Shown here: in pieces, positions 1 to 9,056 of the stretch | Layout: every line of letters begins with the position of its first letter | How positions within the stretch are numbered: position 1 is the first letter of the stretch | Assembly: GCA_938038735.1 (NCBI GenBank) | Contig: CALHSW010000034.1 | Span: 46,335 to 110,334 of the forward strand | Reading direction: 5' to 3' | DNA: 64,000 nt | Source: an uncultured Bacteroidia bacterium | Lineage (GTDB): Bacteria > Bacteroidota > Bacteroidia > Bacteroidales > CAJPTX01 | Position numbers and translations under genes: made by a program | Notes under the pieces: generated by a model | Database searches by the model: none | What the model saw: only the letters and a program-made list of their open reading frames with translations | What the model was told of the DNA's origin: nothing

Positions 1-157
1 CGCTAGCCACCCATTCATGCTCTCGCACATCGATAAGCCATGGAGTGTAAGGGGTTTGCTGTAACCATTTGAACATCTCCTTCGCGCTGTTGAGCGCCAC
101 GCTCCGCTCCGCAGAGTACCCGCCGCCCAGGATGGCGACATTGATAGCACGATTCAT
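1..157 (-). CDS. ddl: D-alanine--D-alanine ligase, N-terminal fragment (continues beyond window start)
   Basis: Absent from the ORF track because it is under 60 aa. The reverse-strand ATG at 157-155 translates to MNRAINVAILGGGYSAERSVALNSAKEMFKWLQQTPYTPWLIDVREHEWVAS. VAILGGGxSxExxVxLxSA matches the Ddl N-terminal signature. A TACCTTTG box lies 28 nt upstream. Confidence 0.55.
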   Translation of the reverse strand, partial: MNRAINVAILGGGYSAERSVALNSAKEMFKWLQQTPYTPWLIDVREHEWVAS

Positions 158-184
158 CGTCTCAAATCTAGTTGTACCGAGAGG

Positions 185-192
185 CAAAGGTA
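185..192 (-). promoter_or_regulatory. Bacteroidota -7 promoter box TACCTTTG (TAnnTTTG) for ddl
   Basis: The plus strand reads caaaggta, which is TACCTTTG on the minus strand, 28 nt upstream of the ddl ATG. Confidence 0.5.
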
Positions 193-296
193 AGAAAATA
201 GTACGTAGTGGGCGGGATTTAGGAAGTGGCTATCGCCCACGCTCTATTCCCACCGAACGCCCCGGCAGGACCTGCCCTCTATCCTCTATCGCCCTC

Positions 297-363
297 CTAC
301 CAACTTACCACCCCCTTCGCATCAAATTCGGATTTCTCCGGAGAAATCCGAATTTGATGCGAA
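297..363. repeat. Palindromic intergenic element, copy 1 (perfect 48-bp palindrome at 316-363)
   Basis: 311-363 is identical to 49441-49493. ttcgcatcaaattcggatttctcc/ggagaaatccgaatttgatgcgaa is a perfect inverted repeat. The left flank ctaccaac is shared with copy 2. Confidence 0.9.
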
Positions 364-584
364 GAGGATACGAATTAGGAACGGCTTTAATTACTACATA
401 TCAACTACTTCCATAATTCCCACAAAACGAGCTGCCAAAGGCAGTGATGCCCCACGAGGCTACACCCTGAAAGATGTAATCCGTTGATAGTTATGGTGTA
501 ATGAAATTGACTCTAGCAAGCTGTAGGGATGCCTATTCCCCTCTTTGTTCTACACTCTAGGAGTGCCGTTTGTAGAATATTAGA

Positions 585-592
585 TACCTTCG
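585..592 (+). promoter_or_regulatory. Variant -7 box TACCTTCG upstream of aspS
   Basis: It has one mismatch to TAnnTTTG and lies 26 nt upstream of the aspS ATG. The same variant occurs upstream of feoAB. Confidence 0.35.
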
Positions 593-617
593 CGATAGAT
601 AAAAAAGGGAAGAGAAC

Positions 618-2375
618 ATGTTACGGAGCGATACTTGCGGGGCGTTGCGACTCGCCGATGCGGGGAAAAAGGTGACGCTGTGCGGTTGGGTAGCCAGGGT
701 GCGGCGATTGGGAAGCCTCCTTTTCGTTGACTTACGTGATCGTTACGGCATAACGCAGCTTGCTGTGGATGAAGGCAATGGCGATTTGCTGGCGCAGTGC
801 GAGGCGTTGGGGCGTGAGTTTGTGGTGCAAGCAAGCGGCGTTGTTCGGGAGCGTGTGAGTAAGAATTTGAAGCTGCCCACAGGTGAGATTGAGGTGGCGC
901 TTGAAAAGCTAACCGTGCTGAACGCCAGCGAAACGCCCCCTTTTACCATCGAGACGGAGACGGATGGCGGTGATGAGTTGCGGATGCGCTACCGCTACCT
1001 TGACATTCGGCGTGAACCCGTGCGCAGGGCGCTGGAACTACGCCATACGTTGGCGCAGTCCGTGCGGAGCTACCTGAATGGGAAGAGTTTTCTCGAGATA
1101 GAAACTCCCTTCCTAATCAAATCTACGCCTGAGGGAGCGCGTGACTTCGTGGTGCCCTCGCGCATGCATCAAGGGGAGTTCTACGCCCTACCGCAGTCTC
1201 CGCAAACCTTCAAACAGCTTCTCATGGTGGCGGGCATGGACCGTTACTACCAAATTGTGCGGTGTTTCCGCGATGAGGACCTGCGAGCCGATAGGCAGCC
1301 GGAGTTCACGCAGATTGACTGTGAAATGTCATTCGTGGAGCGCAACGATGTGCTGGAACTCTTTGAGGGCATGATGCGCCACCTCTTCCAGCAGGTGCTG
1401 GGGGTGCAGTTCGGCGATATCCAGCGGATGGAGTACGATGAGGCAATGGCGCGCTACGGGAGCGATAAGCCGGACCTGCGCGTGGGGATGGAGATTTGTG
1501 AGCTAACAGCGGCGACGCGCGCCACGGGCTTTGCAGTGCTTGATGGCGCACCCTACGTGGGGGCTATCTGCGTTTCGGGCAAATCGAGCTATACCCGCAA
1601 ACAGCTCGACGAGCTGACGGATTACGTCAAGAAGCCGCAGGTGGGCGGAAAGGGATTGCTATACATTCGTTGCCAGGAGGGGGGTGTATTCAAATCGTCA
1701 GCCGATAAGTTCCTGTCGCAAGAGCTGCAAAAGCACCTTTGCGATGCGCTGAGCGCCAAGCCGGGCGACCTCGTTCTGATTATGAGCGGGCAGCGGTCAG
1801 AGACGCAGCGGGCGTTAGGGCTGCTACGCCTTGAGGTGGCGAAGCGGGAGCAGTGGCTTGACCCCATGGACTTTAAACCGCTATGGGTGGTTGACTTCCC
1901 GCTCTTTGAGTGGAACGAAGAGGACAAGCGGTTCTACGCCATGCACCATCCATTCACATCGCCCAAGCCCGAAGACGTAGCGCTCTTTGAGACCAATCCG
2001 GGCGCTATGCATGCCGATGCCTACGACTTTGTGGTGAACGGCACTGAGGTGGGGGGCGGTTCAATTCGTATACACGACCGCTCGATCCAGCAGCGCATGT
2101 TTAGCGTTTTAGGCTTTACCCCAGAGGCGGCGGAAAATCAGTTCGGTTTCTTGATGAATGCCTTCCGCTACGGCGCACCACCGCACGGTGGGATTGCCTT
2201 TGGTTTTGATAGGCTATGCTCGCTCTTCGGCGGGAGCGATTCAATAAGAGACTACATAGCCTTCCCAAAGAACAATGCGGGGCGAGACGTGATGATAGAT
2301 AGCCCCTCTCTGATTAGCCAGGCGCAGCTTGACGAGCTAGGGTTAGAGGTGCGAAGGCCTACCGAATGCGAGTAG
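618..2375 (+). CDS. aspS: Aspartate--tRNA ligase (class IIb)
   Basis: 585 aa. Class II motifs [61 protein letters not shown] and [13 protein letters not shown] are present. Confidence 0.97.
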   Translation: MLRSDTCGALRLADAGKKVTLCGWVARVRRLGSLLFVDLRDRYGITQLAVDEGNGDLLAQCEALGREFVVQASGVVRERVSKNLKLPTGEIEVALEKLTVLNASETPPFTIETETDGGDELRMRYRYLDIRREPVRRALELRHTLAQSVRSYLNGKSFLEIETPFLIKSTPEGARDFVVPSRMHQGEFYALPQSPQTFKQLLMVAGMDRYYQIVRCFRDEDLRADRQPEFTQIDCEMSFVERNDVLELFEGMMRHLFQQVLGVQFGDIQRMEYDEAMARYGSDKPDLRVGMEICELTAATRATGFAVLDGAPYVGAICVSGKSSYTRKQLDELTDYVKKPQVGGKGLLYIRCQEGGVFKSSADKFLSQELQKHLCDALSAKPGDLVLIMSGQRSETQRALGLLRLEVAKREQWLDPMDFKPLWVVDFPLFEWNEEDKRFYAMHHPFTSPKPEDVALFETNPGAMHADAYDFVVNGTEVGGGSIRIHDRSIQQRMFSVLGFTPEAAENQFGFLMNAFRYGAPPHGGIAFGFDRLCSLFGGSDSIRDYIAFPKNNAGRDVMIDSPSLISQAQLDELGLEVRRPTECE

Positions 2376-3598
2376 TCATCTTCACCGATAGGTATCCCTA
2401 CGGGCAGTACGAAGAGGCATTTGTAGCCAGCGAGGTAGAATACCTTGCGGCGCACCGGCAAGGGTGCAATGTGGAGATTGTGCCGCTCAAGGGCGATGAC
2501 GTTCGGCGGGACGTGCCTGATGGCGTAGCCATCGCACAGCCTCTACTTAACGGCATGGGGGTAAAGAAATGGCTGGGCATGCTGCTCCGCTTGCTGTTTC
2601 GGCGTTCCTTTTGGCTGTTTCTAGGAGATTCCTTTAGGCATTTAGGGCGTGGAGTTAGGCTGGAACGCGTTTGGTTTACGCGCTATTTCTCGGGGGAGCT
2701 CGTGGCGGATTATGCCGCTGGGGCGGTGGCAAAGGATGCAGAGGGGGTGTTGTACTCCTACTGGATGTCGTACGGGGCTTTGGGCGTGGCGTTGGCAAAA
2801 TGCCGACTGAAGGAAGGCGATCGGTGGAAGTTCGTATGCCGTGCGCATGGCTACGATATTCGGGATGGGGAAAAGTCTATTCCGCTGCGTGAGTTTACAT
2901 GGCGATGGCTCGATGCTGTCTTCCCCGTATCAACCTACGGCGCGGAAGTGCTTTCGGTGCAACGTGGCGCTCTGCCCTTAAAGGTACATGTGGCTTACCT
3001 TGGGGTGCATGGGGTGGCGCAGCAGCCTGCCGCTGTTGTTGATCGCAATAAGGTTCTCTTTGTGAGCTGTTCGGGGGCAAAGGCTGTAAAACGGCTTGAT
3101 TTGATGCTCCGCTTGATTGAAGCTTTTGCTTCTTCCAACGGTAAGCTACAAGTTGTCTGGGAACATTTCGGTGATGGGGAGCTACTGGCTAATTTACAGG
3201 ATTCTGCGGCGCAGGCAATGCAACGGTGCGGCAACCTGCACGTGGTGTGGCGCGGCGCTGTGGATAATGCAGAGGTGCTGCGCGCGTACCAATCGCTGGG
3301 GGGTGCTATCTTTTTGAATACGAGTGAGAGCGAGGGGTTGCCTGTGTCCATCATGGAGGCACTATCGGCGGGTTTCCCTACAGTGGCTACCGATGTGGGC
3401 GGCACGGCGGAGGCCCTACGAGATGGGGCGGGCGAGCTGATTAGCGCAGCGCCGTGGCCCCAGGAATTCATGGGGGCGGTGTGCAAGGTGCGAGAGAGCT
3501 ACACCCAGTATTCCCAGCGGGCGCGAGAGGTGTTTGAGGAGCGTTTTTGGGCTGAACAGAACTATAAGGAGTTCTATAGCAAGATTTTGGGAGCGTAG
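2366..3598 (+). CDS. Glycosyltransferase, family 4-like (GT-B, EX7E motif)
   Basis: 410 aa. [26 protein letters not shown] is the typical GT4 C-terminal motif. The start overlaps the aspS stop by 10 nt. Confidence 0.8.
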   Translation: MRVVIFTDRYPYGQYEEAFVASEVEYLAAHRQGCNVEIVPLKGDDVRRDVPDGVAIAQPLLNGMGVKKWLGMLLRLLFRRSFWLFLGDSFRHLGRGVRLERVWFTRYFSGELVADYAAGAVAKDAEGVLYSYWMSYGALGVALAKCRLKEGDRWKFVCRAHGYDIRDGEKSIPLREFTWRWLDAVFPVSTYGAEVLSVQRGALPLKVHVAYLGVHGVAQQPAAVVDRNKVLFVSCSGAKAVKRLDLMLRLIEAFASSNGKLQVVWEHFGDGELLANLQDSAAQAMQRCGNLHVVWRGAVDNAEVLRAYQSLGGAIFLNTSESEGLPVSIMEALSAGFPTVATDVGGTAEALRDGAGELISAAPWPQEFMGAVCKVRESYTQYSQRAREVFEERFWAEQNYKEFYSKILGA

Positions 3599-3622
3599 CT
3601 CCATTTACTGCTGTTTCCAAAG

Positions 3623-3762
3623 GAGCATCTATTTTTGCACCAGTGCAGCCTGTTCGAGGGACGGGCTCTCAATAGCTGGGGGGATAAAGGTCCCCGGATT
3701 CTTGCCAATAGGGCAAGCCAGTCTGAAAGACTGACCCCGGCAATCCTGAACGCGCCCTCGCC
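3623..3762 (-). repeat. Four-hairpin dispersed element, full-length copy (minus orientation)
   Basis: Its reverse complement aligns with 54478-54650. It contains the hairpins cagtct-ttc-agactg, cttgcc-ctatt-ggcaag and gggg..cccc, plus the ctattgaga..ggctgc..ggtgc tail. Confidence 0.85.
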
Positions 3763-3826
3763 CTTCAGATTAGCTTGGCAAGACCATAACCTCCGCCCGT
3801 GTTCTGTCTGCAATGCCCTCCCCGAA

Positions 3827-3889
3827 CCCGCATGAACTTCCGCACCGCTACGCGGGCCAGCCCGCAGGGCGGATCGTTCTAAAAGGACC
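3827..3889 (-). repeat. Same family, 3'-half (module 2) partial copy
   Basis: The reverse complement ggtccttttagaacgatccgccctgcgggctggcccgcgtagcggtgcggaagttcatgcggg aligns with 56214-56269 and 11750-11800. Confidence 0.65.
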
Positions 3890-3944
3890 ACCCGCACAGC
3901 TTCTCGCTGCCCATTCCTACAAGGATCCGCTGTTTGGGTAGTGA

Positions 3945-4895
3945 TTACCTTGAAAATAGACCCTTCCAAAAGCCCACACCGTAGCCTAGCAGCTGCACGC
4001 AGCACGCCATCATGGAGAGCCACCCCAAGCGGAAGCTGCGAAGGCTTAGGCTGGCGTGCACCAGCACCACCAGGCAGTACAGTACCCCCACGGTGATTAC
4101 TGCTAGGCTGTAGGTGCGCCATACCGCCGTAAGCGCCACAATGAGCATCACCACCCCTACGGCTGGCAGCGCATGCACGGGGCGGAGCGTCCCACTATGC
4201 TTCCTTGAAAGCGCGATGCGCGCGCGGCCGGAGTGCTGAACCTGTTCGTAGAATTGTCGTAGCGACGTGCGGCGCTTATGGTATACAAACAATTCCCGCC
4301 GTAGCTGCGAAGCGTACCCCGCCTCGATAACCCGCATGCTGAAGTCAACGTCTTCTCCATAGCGCATATCGGCAAAGCCGCCCACCGCCTCAAAGGCATC
4401 GCGGCGCACCCCCAGGTTGAAGGTGCGCGGGTAGAATTTATCCGCCCGCTCCGAGCCGCCCCGTATGCCCCCCGTGCTGAAGGGCGAGGTCATCGAGTAG
4501 CTTATCGCCTTTTGGATAGGCGTAAAGGATGGGTGCGCCGCGTCGGGCCCGCCCCACAGCGCCACGTTGGGACTGTCGGAAACGAATTGCTTCGCCAGCT
4601 TGATATAGTCCGGAGGGATGAGGCAATCGGAGTCGAAGAAAATAATGTACTTCCCGTCGCATAGCGTAACGCCACGGTTCCTAGCCCCTGCGGGTCCCCG
4701 GTTCTTTATGTACTCATAGCGGAGGGACAAACGTTTCGCCCACCGATTGCACTCCTCGTCGCCACGGGTGTACGACCCATCCTCAACTACCACCACGTCA
4801 AAATCCTTGCATGTCTGTTTTGCAAGGCTTTCCAACAGCTCGTCAATCTCCTGCGGACGATTATAGAGCGGAATCACCACGCTAAATGTCGCCAT
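3945..4895 (-). CDS. Glycosyltransferase family 2 with C-terminal transmembrane segments
   Basis: 316 aa. It has the FSVVIPLYNRPQEIDELLESLAKQTCKDFDVVVVEDGS GT-A N-terminus and a DSD (DxD) motif in IIFFDSDCLIP. The C-terminus is hydrophobic. Confidence 0.88.
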   Translation of the reverse strand: MATFSVVIPLYNRPQEIDELLESLAKQTCKDFDVVVVEDGSYTRGDEECNRWAKRLSLRYEYIKNRGPAGARNRGVTLCDGKYIIFFDSDCLIPPDYIKLAKQFVSDSPNVALWGGPDAAHPSFTPIQKAISYSMTSPFSTGGIRGGSERADKFYPRTFNLGVRRDAFEAVGGFADMRYGEDVDFSMRVIEAGYASQLRRELFVYHKRRTSLRQFYEQVQHSGRARIALSRKHSGTLRPVHALPAVGVVMLIVALTAVWRTYSLAVITVGVLYCLVVLVHASLSLRSFRLGWLSMMACCVQLLGYGVGFWKGLFSR

Positions 4896-4932
4896 TCGTT
4901 CTAATATCTTTTACCATTCAACCAGCGGTGCG

Positions 4933-5883
4933 CTAGCGCGCACCGCTATACTCGTTACTTCTACTCATTATGTACCGATCAACGTACTCATTGATGGCCT
5001 CCACATCGTATGGGAAGAACCATGCAATGCCGTTGTCACGCTTCCACCACGTCATCTGCCGCTTGGCGTAGCGGCGCGTGTTCACCTTGATCCGCTCTAT
5101 AGCCGCCTCGCGGGTACAGCGTCCCTCAAAGTAGTCAAATAGCTCACGGTAGCCCACGGTGCGCAGCGCAGGAGTGTTTTTGTATTGCTGCACCCGTTGC
5201 GCCTCCTCCTCAAGGCCCTCCGCCACCATAAGGTCTACGCGTTGCCCAATGCGCGCTGTCAGCACCTCCATGGGGAGTATCAGCCCCACCTTCAGCACAT
5301 CAAAAGGGAGCGATACCCTGGCGTGCGAGAGCCACTCGCTGTAGGGGCGGCCAGTTTGCAGCGACACCTCTAACGCCCGCAGCACGCGCACGCCATTGCG
5401 CACATCGACAACGCCATTACAGCCTGGGTCTACCCGCACAAGCTCCGCGGCAAGCGCTTCCACTCCCTCCTCTCGCAGCCTACGCGTTAGGGCGGCGCGC
5501 AGCTCCATGTCGGGCGTTGGGAAATCTTCAAGGCCATCGCATACGGCACTAATGTAGAGCATCGACCCGCCCGTGAGAATCGCCATGGGCTGCGTGGCGA
5601 AGAGACTTTGCAGCACGCCTTGCGCCTCCTCTGCGTACTGCCCGCAGGAGTAGCGTTCCCACACGTCGCGATGCGCCACGAGATGGTGCTTCGCCGCCCG
5701 CAGCTCCGCACCAGAGGGGCGCGCCACTCCTATTTTGAGCTGCCGGAATACCTGGCGGGAGTCGGCCGATACGATGTCGCAGCCGAATCGCTGCGCCAGC
5801 TGCACCGCTACGCCCGTTTTCCCCACCGCCGTGGGGCCAAGCAGCACTACGAGCAGCGGCTTTGCCACGCCGCTACTCTTCAT
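4933..5883 (-). CDS. miaA: tRNA dimethylallyltransferase
   Basis: 316 aa. It has the P-loop LLGPTAVGKTGVAVQLAQRFGCDIVSADSRQVFRQLKIGVARP and the typical MiaA length. Confidence 0.93.
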   Translation of the reverse strand: MKSSGVAKPLLVVLLGPTAVGKTGVAVQLAQRFGCDIVSADSRQVFRQLKIGVARPSGAELRAAKHHLVAHRDVWERYSCGQYAEEAQGVLQSLFATQPMAILTGGSMLYISAVCDGLEDFPTPDMELRAALTRRLREEGVEALAAELVRVDPGCNGVVDVRNGVRVLRALEVSLQTGRPYSEWLSHARVSLPFDVLKVGLILPMEVLTARIGQRVDLMVAEGLEEEAQRVQQYKNTPALRTVGYRELFDYFEGRCTREAAIERIKVNTRRYAKRQMTWWKRDNGIAWFFPYDVEAINEYVDRYIMSRSNEYSGAR

Positions 5884-6361
5884 CTAAATAATCCTCAGAG
5901 CCGCTATACTCCTGCAGCAGGGTGTCAATATCGTCTAGGTTGCGTAGCAGCGGGTCATCAGCATCAACACGAAACCGCCCCCGCTGCGCAATGCAGGTGG
6001 GAACGTCCGCTTTCCTCGGCTCTTGGTACACATCGGTAACCTCAAAGTGGAGTACCCTATCTAAAAAGATACCGAAGGCATAGTCGAAGCAGACGCTGCC
6101 AGTATCAACGTACTCCTGCAATCGCACCCCCTCCATGGGGCGCTGCGCCGAGCCGCCGCCCTCATCGTCAAACATGATTAGCTCTACGCTCCGCTGCCCC
6201 TCCCGGTCAATCACAAAAAAGCTTGCTACCCCCCCCGGCTCTAGCGACAGCAAACTCTCTAGATAGAGGTGCAGGCTGAGAAAATCCATACCAGCATCAA
6301 CCAGCACATCGGCACTCACCCCCTTCGCTTTTGGATCGGTAATCCTAATCTGATATTGCAT
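5873..6361 (-). CDS. Hypothetical protein (possibly pRiA4b-ORF3 / TnpR-passenger-like fold) with an acidic C-terminal tail
   Basis: 162 aa. It overlaps the miaA start by 11 nt. The N-terminus YQIRITDPKAKGVSADVLVDAGMDFLSLHLYLESLL resembles the PRiA4_ORF3 pattern from memory only. The tail is SGSEDYLDEE. Confidence 0.4.
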   Translation of the reverse strand: MQYQIRITDPKAKGVSADVLVDAGMDFLSLHLYLESLLSLEPGGVASFFVIDREGQRSVELIMFDDEGGGSAQRPMEGVRLQEYVDTGSVCFDYAFGIFLDRVLHFEVTDVYQEPRKADVPTCIAQRGRFRVDADDPLLRNLDDIDTLLQEYSGSEDYLDEE

Positions 6362-6626
6362 CGGTTCCTTTTATTTCTTCTTGATTTGACAAGGATTAAC
6401 ATGCACTTCCCATGCCACGCTTAACCCATACCTAACGTGCTACGATAAACAAAATCAACTTGTTACACGCTGCATGCTCGCTCCTCGGCCTTCCTTACCA
6501 TACCCCTTGATTTAAAATAGGTTGAACCATTTTCTCTTTCATTGGTGCTATTTGCAAAAATTGTGCTAAATTGCGATGAGAAATAGATGTTACGCCACAT
6601 GATAAACTAACTCAATCCATACTAAC

Positions 6627-7988
6627 ATGAGTGAACAAAAGAGTACCCCAGGCGCGAGGGATTCGTTCTCCTCAAAATTCGGCGTTATTGCCGCGGCAGC
6701 GGGGTCTGCCGTGGGCTTAGGCAACGTATGGCGTTTCCCATACATTGCGGGCGAAGGGGGCGGCAGCGCCTTCCTTATCATTTACATCGGTTTTGTCCTG
6801 CTATTGGGCATCCCTATTGCAGTAGCCGAGTTCTCTATTGGAAGGCATGGGCAGGCCAACGCCATGACCTCATTCAAGAACATAGCGCCAGGCACCAAGT
6901 GGCATCTCACCGGCTTTTTGGGCATTCTCGCGGCGTTCATCATCCTCTCCTACTACACCACCATCTCCGGCTGGACGCTTGAATACATGGTGAACTCGTT
7001 CTCCATCGGAGAGGCCAGTAGCCCGATGAATAATCCGAACTATTTTCAGGATTTCATCAGCGAACCGTTCAGGCCCATTCTGCTGCAGGCTATCTTTATG
7101 CTCCTCACGGCTGGTATCGTGGTGTTCGGCGTGTCGAAGGGCATAGAGAAGGCATCGAAGATCCTCATGCCGCTGCTGCTCCTACTTATCATCGTGATGT
7201 GCATACGCGCCGTGACGCTTGAGGGCGGCATGGAGGGGGTGAAGTTCCTTGTGAAGCCCGATTTCTCAAAGGTTACCGGCCAGACGTTCCTCAACGCCAT
7301 GGGGCAAGCATTCTTCTCGCTCTCGCTGGGTATGGGAGTGATGATAACCTATGGGTCGTACATTCAAAAAAAGGATAATCTGCTTAGCTCCGCGGCGCAG
7401 ATTGCGCTTGCCGATACGGTTATCGCCGTGCTCTCTGGCATTATGGTGTTCGGTTCGGCCTTTGCCTTTGGCATAGCGCCATCGCAGGGCCCGAGCCTCG
7501 TGTTCGTAACGTTGCCCAATATCTTCAAGGACATGTTTATGGGGAACGTCTTTGCGTTCATCTTCTTCCTGCTTTTGGCCATTGCCGCGCTAACCTCTGC
7601 GATATCCATCTTCGAGGCCATTGTGGCGTACATTCACGAGCGGTTCAAGATGTCCCGAATTCAGGCATCGGCCCTGGGTGTAGTGCTCGTTTTGGCGGTG
7701 GGGATCCCCATCACCCTCTCAGAAGGTGAGTTGGGGAACCTCAAGATATTGGGGCGCAACCTACTTGATTTCTTTGATTTCTTAGCCTCGAATATCATGC
7801 TACCGCTCGGTGCATTGCTGATGACGCTGTTCGCGGGGTGGTTCCATGGGCATCAAGGTTTTCGGGACGAGATTACCAATGGCGGCACTGCGAACATGAA
7901 GATATACCCTGCGCTGGAGGTGTTGATTCGCTTTGTAGCACCCGTGTTCATTGTTATCATCCTGGTGGCCGGGATAATGCAAATTTAG
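6627..7988 (+). CDS. Sodium-dependent transporter, neurotransmitter:sodium symporter (SNF) family
   Basis: 453 aa and polytopic. It has the hallmark GLGNVWRFPYIAGEGGGSAFLIIY. Confidence 0.93.
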   Translation: MSEQKSTPGARDSFSSKFGVIAAAAGSAVGLGNVWRFPYIAGEGGGSAFLIIYIGFVLLLGIPIAVAEFSIGRHGQANAMTSFKNIAPGTKWHLTGFLGILAAFIILSYYTTISGWTLEYMVNSFSIGEASSPMNNPNYFQDFISEPFRPILLQAIFMLLTAGIVVFGVSKGIEKASKILMPLLLLLIIVMCIRAVTLEGGMEGVKFLVKPDFSKVTGQTFLNAMGQAFFSLSLGMGVMITYGSYIQKKDNLLSSAAQIALADTVIAVLSGIMVFGSAFAFGIAPSQGPSLVFVTLPNIFKDMFMGNVFAFIFFLLLAIAALTSAISIFEAIVAYIHERFKMSRIQASALGVVLVLAVGIPITLSEGELGNLKILGRNLLDFFDFLASNIMLPLGALLMTLFAGWFHGHQGFRDEITNGGTANMKIYPALEVLIRFVAPVFIVIILVAGIMQI

Positions 7989-8139
7989 CGTTCGAGAGGT
8001 TCGCAAGATAGTTAAGGGATAGCAGGGCGGGGCTTTCGGCTTCGCCCTGCTGCTTGCAGAGCGAAGGCTTCTCCTGGGCGTGCGTAGGTAGGTTTTGATA
8101 GGCTATCCCGACATCTGCCACCGGTTGTGCGTATGGAAA

Positions 8140-8208
8140 GGAGACTTGGGGATCTGAAGGCTCCGGCTATTGAAAGACCGTCCTGCAGATGGGGCTGCAT
8201 CGGTGCGG
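8140..8208 (+). repeat. Four-hairpin family, module-2 copy (degenerate)
   Basis: ggagacttggggatctgaaggctccggctattgaaagaccgtcctgcagatggggctgcatcggtgcgg aligns with 11715-11790. It lies downstream of the SNF gene and in its orientation. Confidence 0.7.
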
Positions 8209-8351
8209 TTGGGTGCAATAGGTGGTTGTCGGTTAGCTAAAGGCGGAGCCAATGTGCATCCTTGTTGGCAGCGTGGGGCAATGTACCCAACCGTGCTGGA
8301 CCGCCATTGCTCCTATGAATGCGTTCAGCTCCTACAAATCCCCATAAATGC

Positions 8352-8359
8352 TACCTTTG
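8352..8359 (+). promoter_or_regulatory. -7 promoter box TACCTTTG
   Basis: It lies 36 nt upstream of the ATG at 8395, which supports the shorter start. Confidence 0.5.
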
Positions 8360-8394
8360 CAGCGTGGAACTATAGTATTAAGAGAAGGAGAGGC

Positions 8395-8937
8395 ATGGAA
8401 GTGAAATTGTCGCCACGCATGGTGGCGCTACGTAGCGGCGATGCGATCAAGCAGCTAGAGGTGCTTCGGTCGCTGCGCGATGATGACGATGATACGCTAC
8501 TGAACGAACTGCTGCTGATGGTTACGCGAGAGTCTACGGATGAGCAGGTGCGGCAAGAGGTGGTGGAGCTGCTTGCCGATGTACGTTCCCGCACACTGGT
8601 GAGCGCGATGGGCGATGCGTTACGCATTGGTGGGGATTCTGCCTATCTCCCCGCGCTGGTGTCGATATGCTGGATGAATCGGATGGATTTTTCACCGATA
8701 CTCAACGAGCTGCTTGCGCTGGTTTCCCACAGCGATTTGCGTGTGCAGGTTGAGGCTATAACCAGCGTGGAGCTTGCGTTGGGGCATTGCACAGTAGATC
8801 AGATTCGGCGTAGCGTGGCAGACCTCAAGATGCGCTTAAAAAAGCTTAAAGGGCGTGAGGCCAGGGCTTTGGTTAACGAGATGATAAACACGCTGGAGCG
8901 GGATGCTGCACAGCGTGCTTCGGGCGAGAAGGAGTGA
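8395..8937 (+). CDS. Hypothetical helical-repeat (HEAT/ARM-like) acidic protein
   Basis: ORF 8170..8937 was trimmed to the in-frame ATG at 8395 (MEVKLSPRMVALRSG...), because the upstream part covers a repeat copy and the promoter box. The protein has repeated L-rich helices and a DDDDD tract. No family was recognised. Confidence 0.55.
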   Translation: MEVKLSPRMVALRSGDAIKQLEVLRSLRDDDDDTLLNELLLMVTRESTDEQVRQEVVELLADVRSRTLVSAMGDALRIGGDSAYLPALVSICWMNRMDFSPILNELLALVSHSDLRVQVEAITSVELALGHCTVDQIRRSVADLKMRLKKLKGREARALVNEMINTLERDAAQRASGEKE

Positions 8938-9005
8938 TAGGCCTCCGTAGGAACCACTCCAGAAAATCCTAAAAAATGGGGATTGCCGCCCCAGCTTAAA
9001 GACGC

Positions 9006-9013
9006 TACCTTCG
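9006..9013 (+). promoter_or_regulatory. Variant -7 box TACCTTCG upstream of feoAB
   Basis: It is the same octamer as upstream of aspS and lies 44 nt before the ATG at 9057. Confidence 0.35.
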
Positions 9014-9056
9014 CGCAGTAAAAAAGAGAAGACAGAAAGCGAGGGGCTAGGGCGTG

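Noticed and set aside
69-416. A 115-aa plus-strand ORF at the window start.
   Set aside because: It reads antisense through the ddl N-terminus and the ddl promoter, then straight through the 48-bp palindrome element. Its composition is proline/arginine-rich and no motif is present. It is treated as non-coding.
2366-2375. A 10-nt overlap between aspS and a GT4 glycosyltransferase, considered as a possible functional coupling.
   Set aside because: Short overlaps are common in compact operons. Nothing in the sequence suggests more than co-transcription.
3574-4122. A 182-aa minus-strand ORF and small ORFs (3534..3734, 3635..3835, 54405..54689, 54763..55015, 54906..55142, 56106..56417) in repeat-rich gaps.
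   Set aside because: They are composed of the dispersed hairpin element in various frames. Different copies are not conserved in any reading frame, so they are not protein-coding.
8170-8394. N-terminal extensions of ORF-track ORFs (8170, 31118, 32418, 42591, 51164, 51221(-), 56433, 57046, 57849, 61885, 38378(-)).
   Set aside because: The extensions run over repeats, promoter boxes or the preceding gene. Internal ATGs restore canonical signal peptides, lipoboxes or conserved N-termini such as FtsY, ProS, S16 and SusD.
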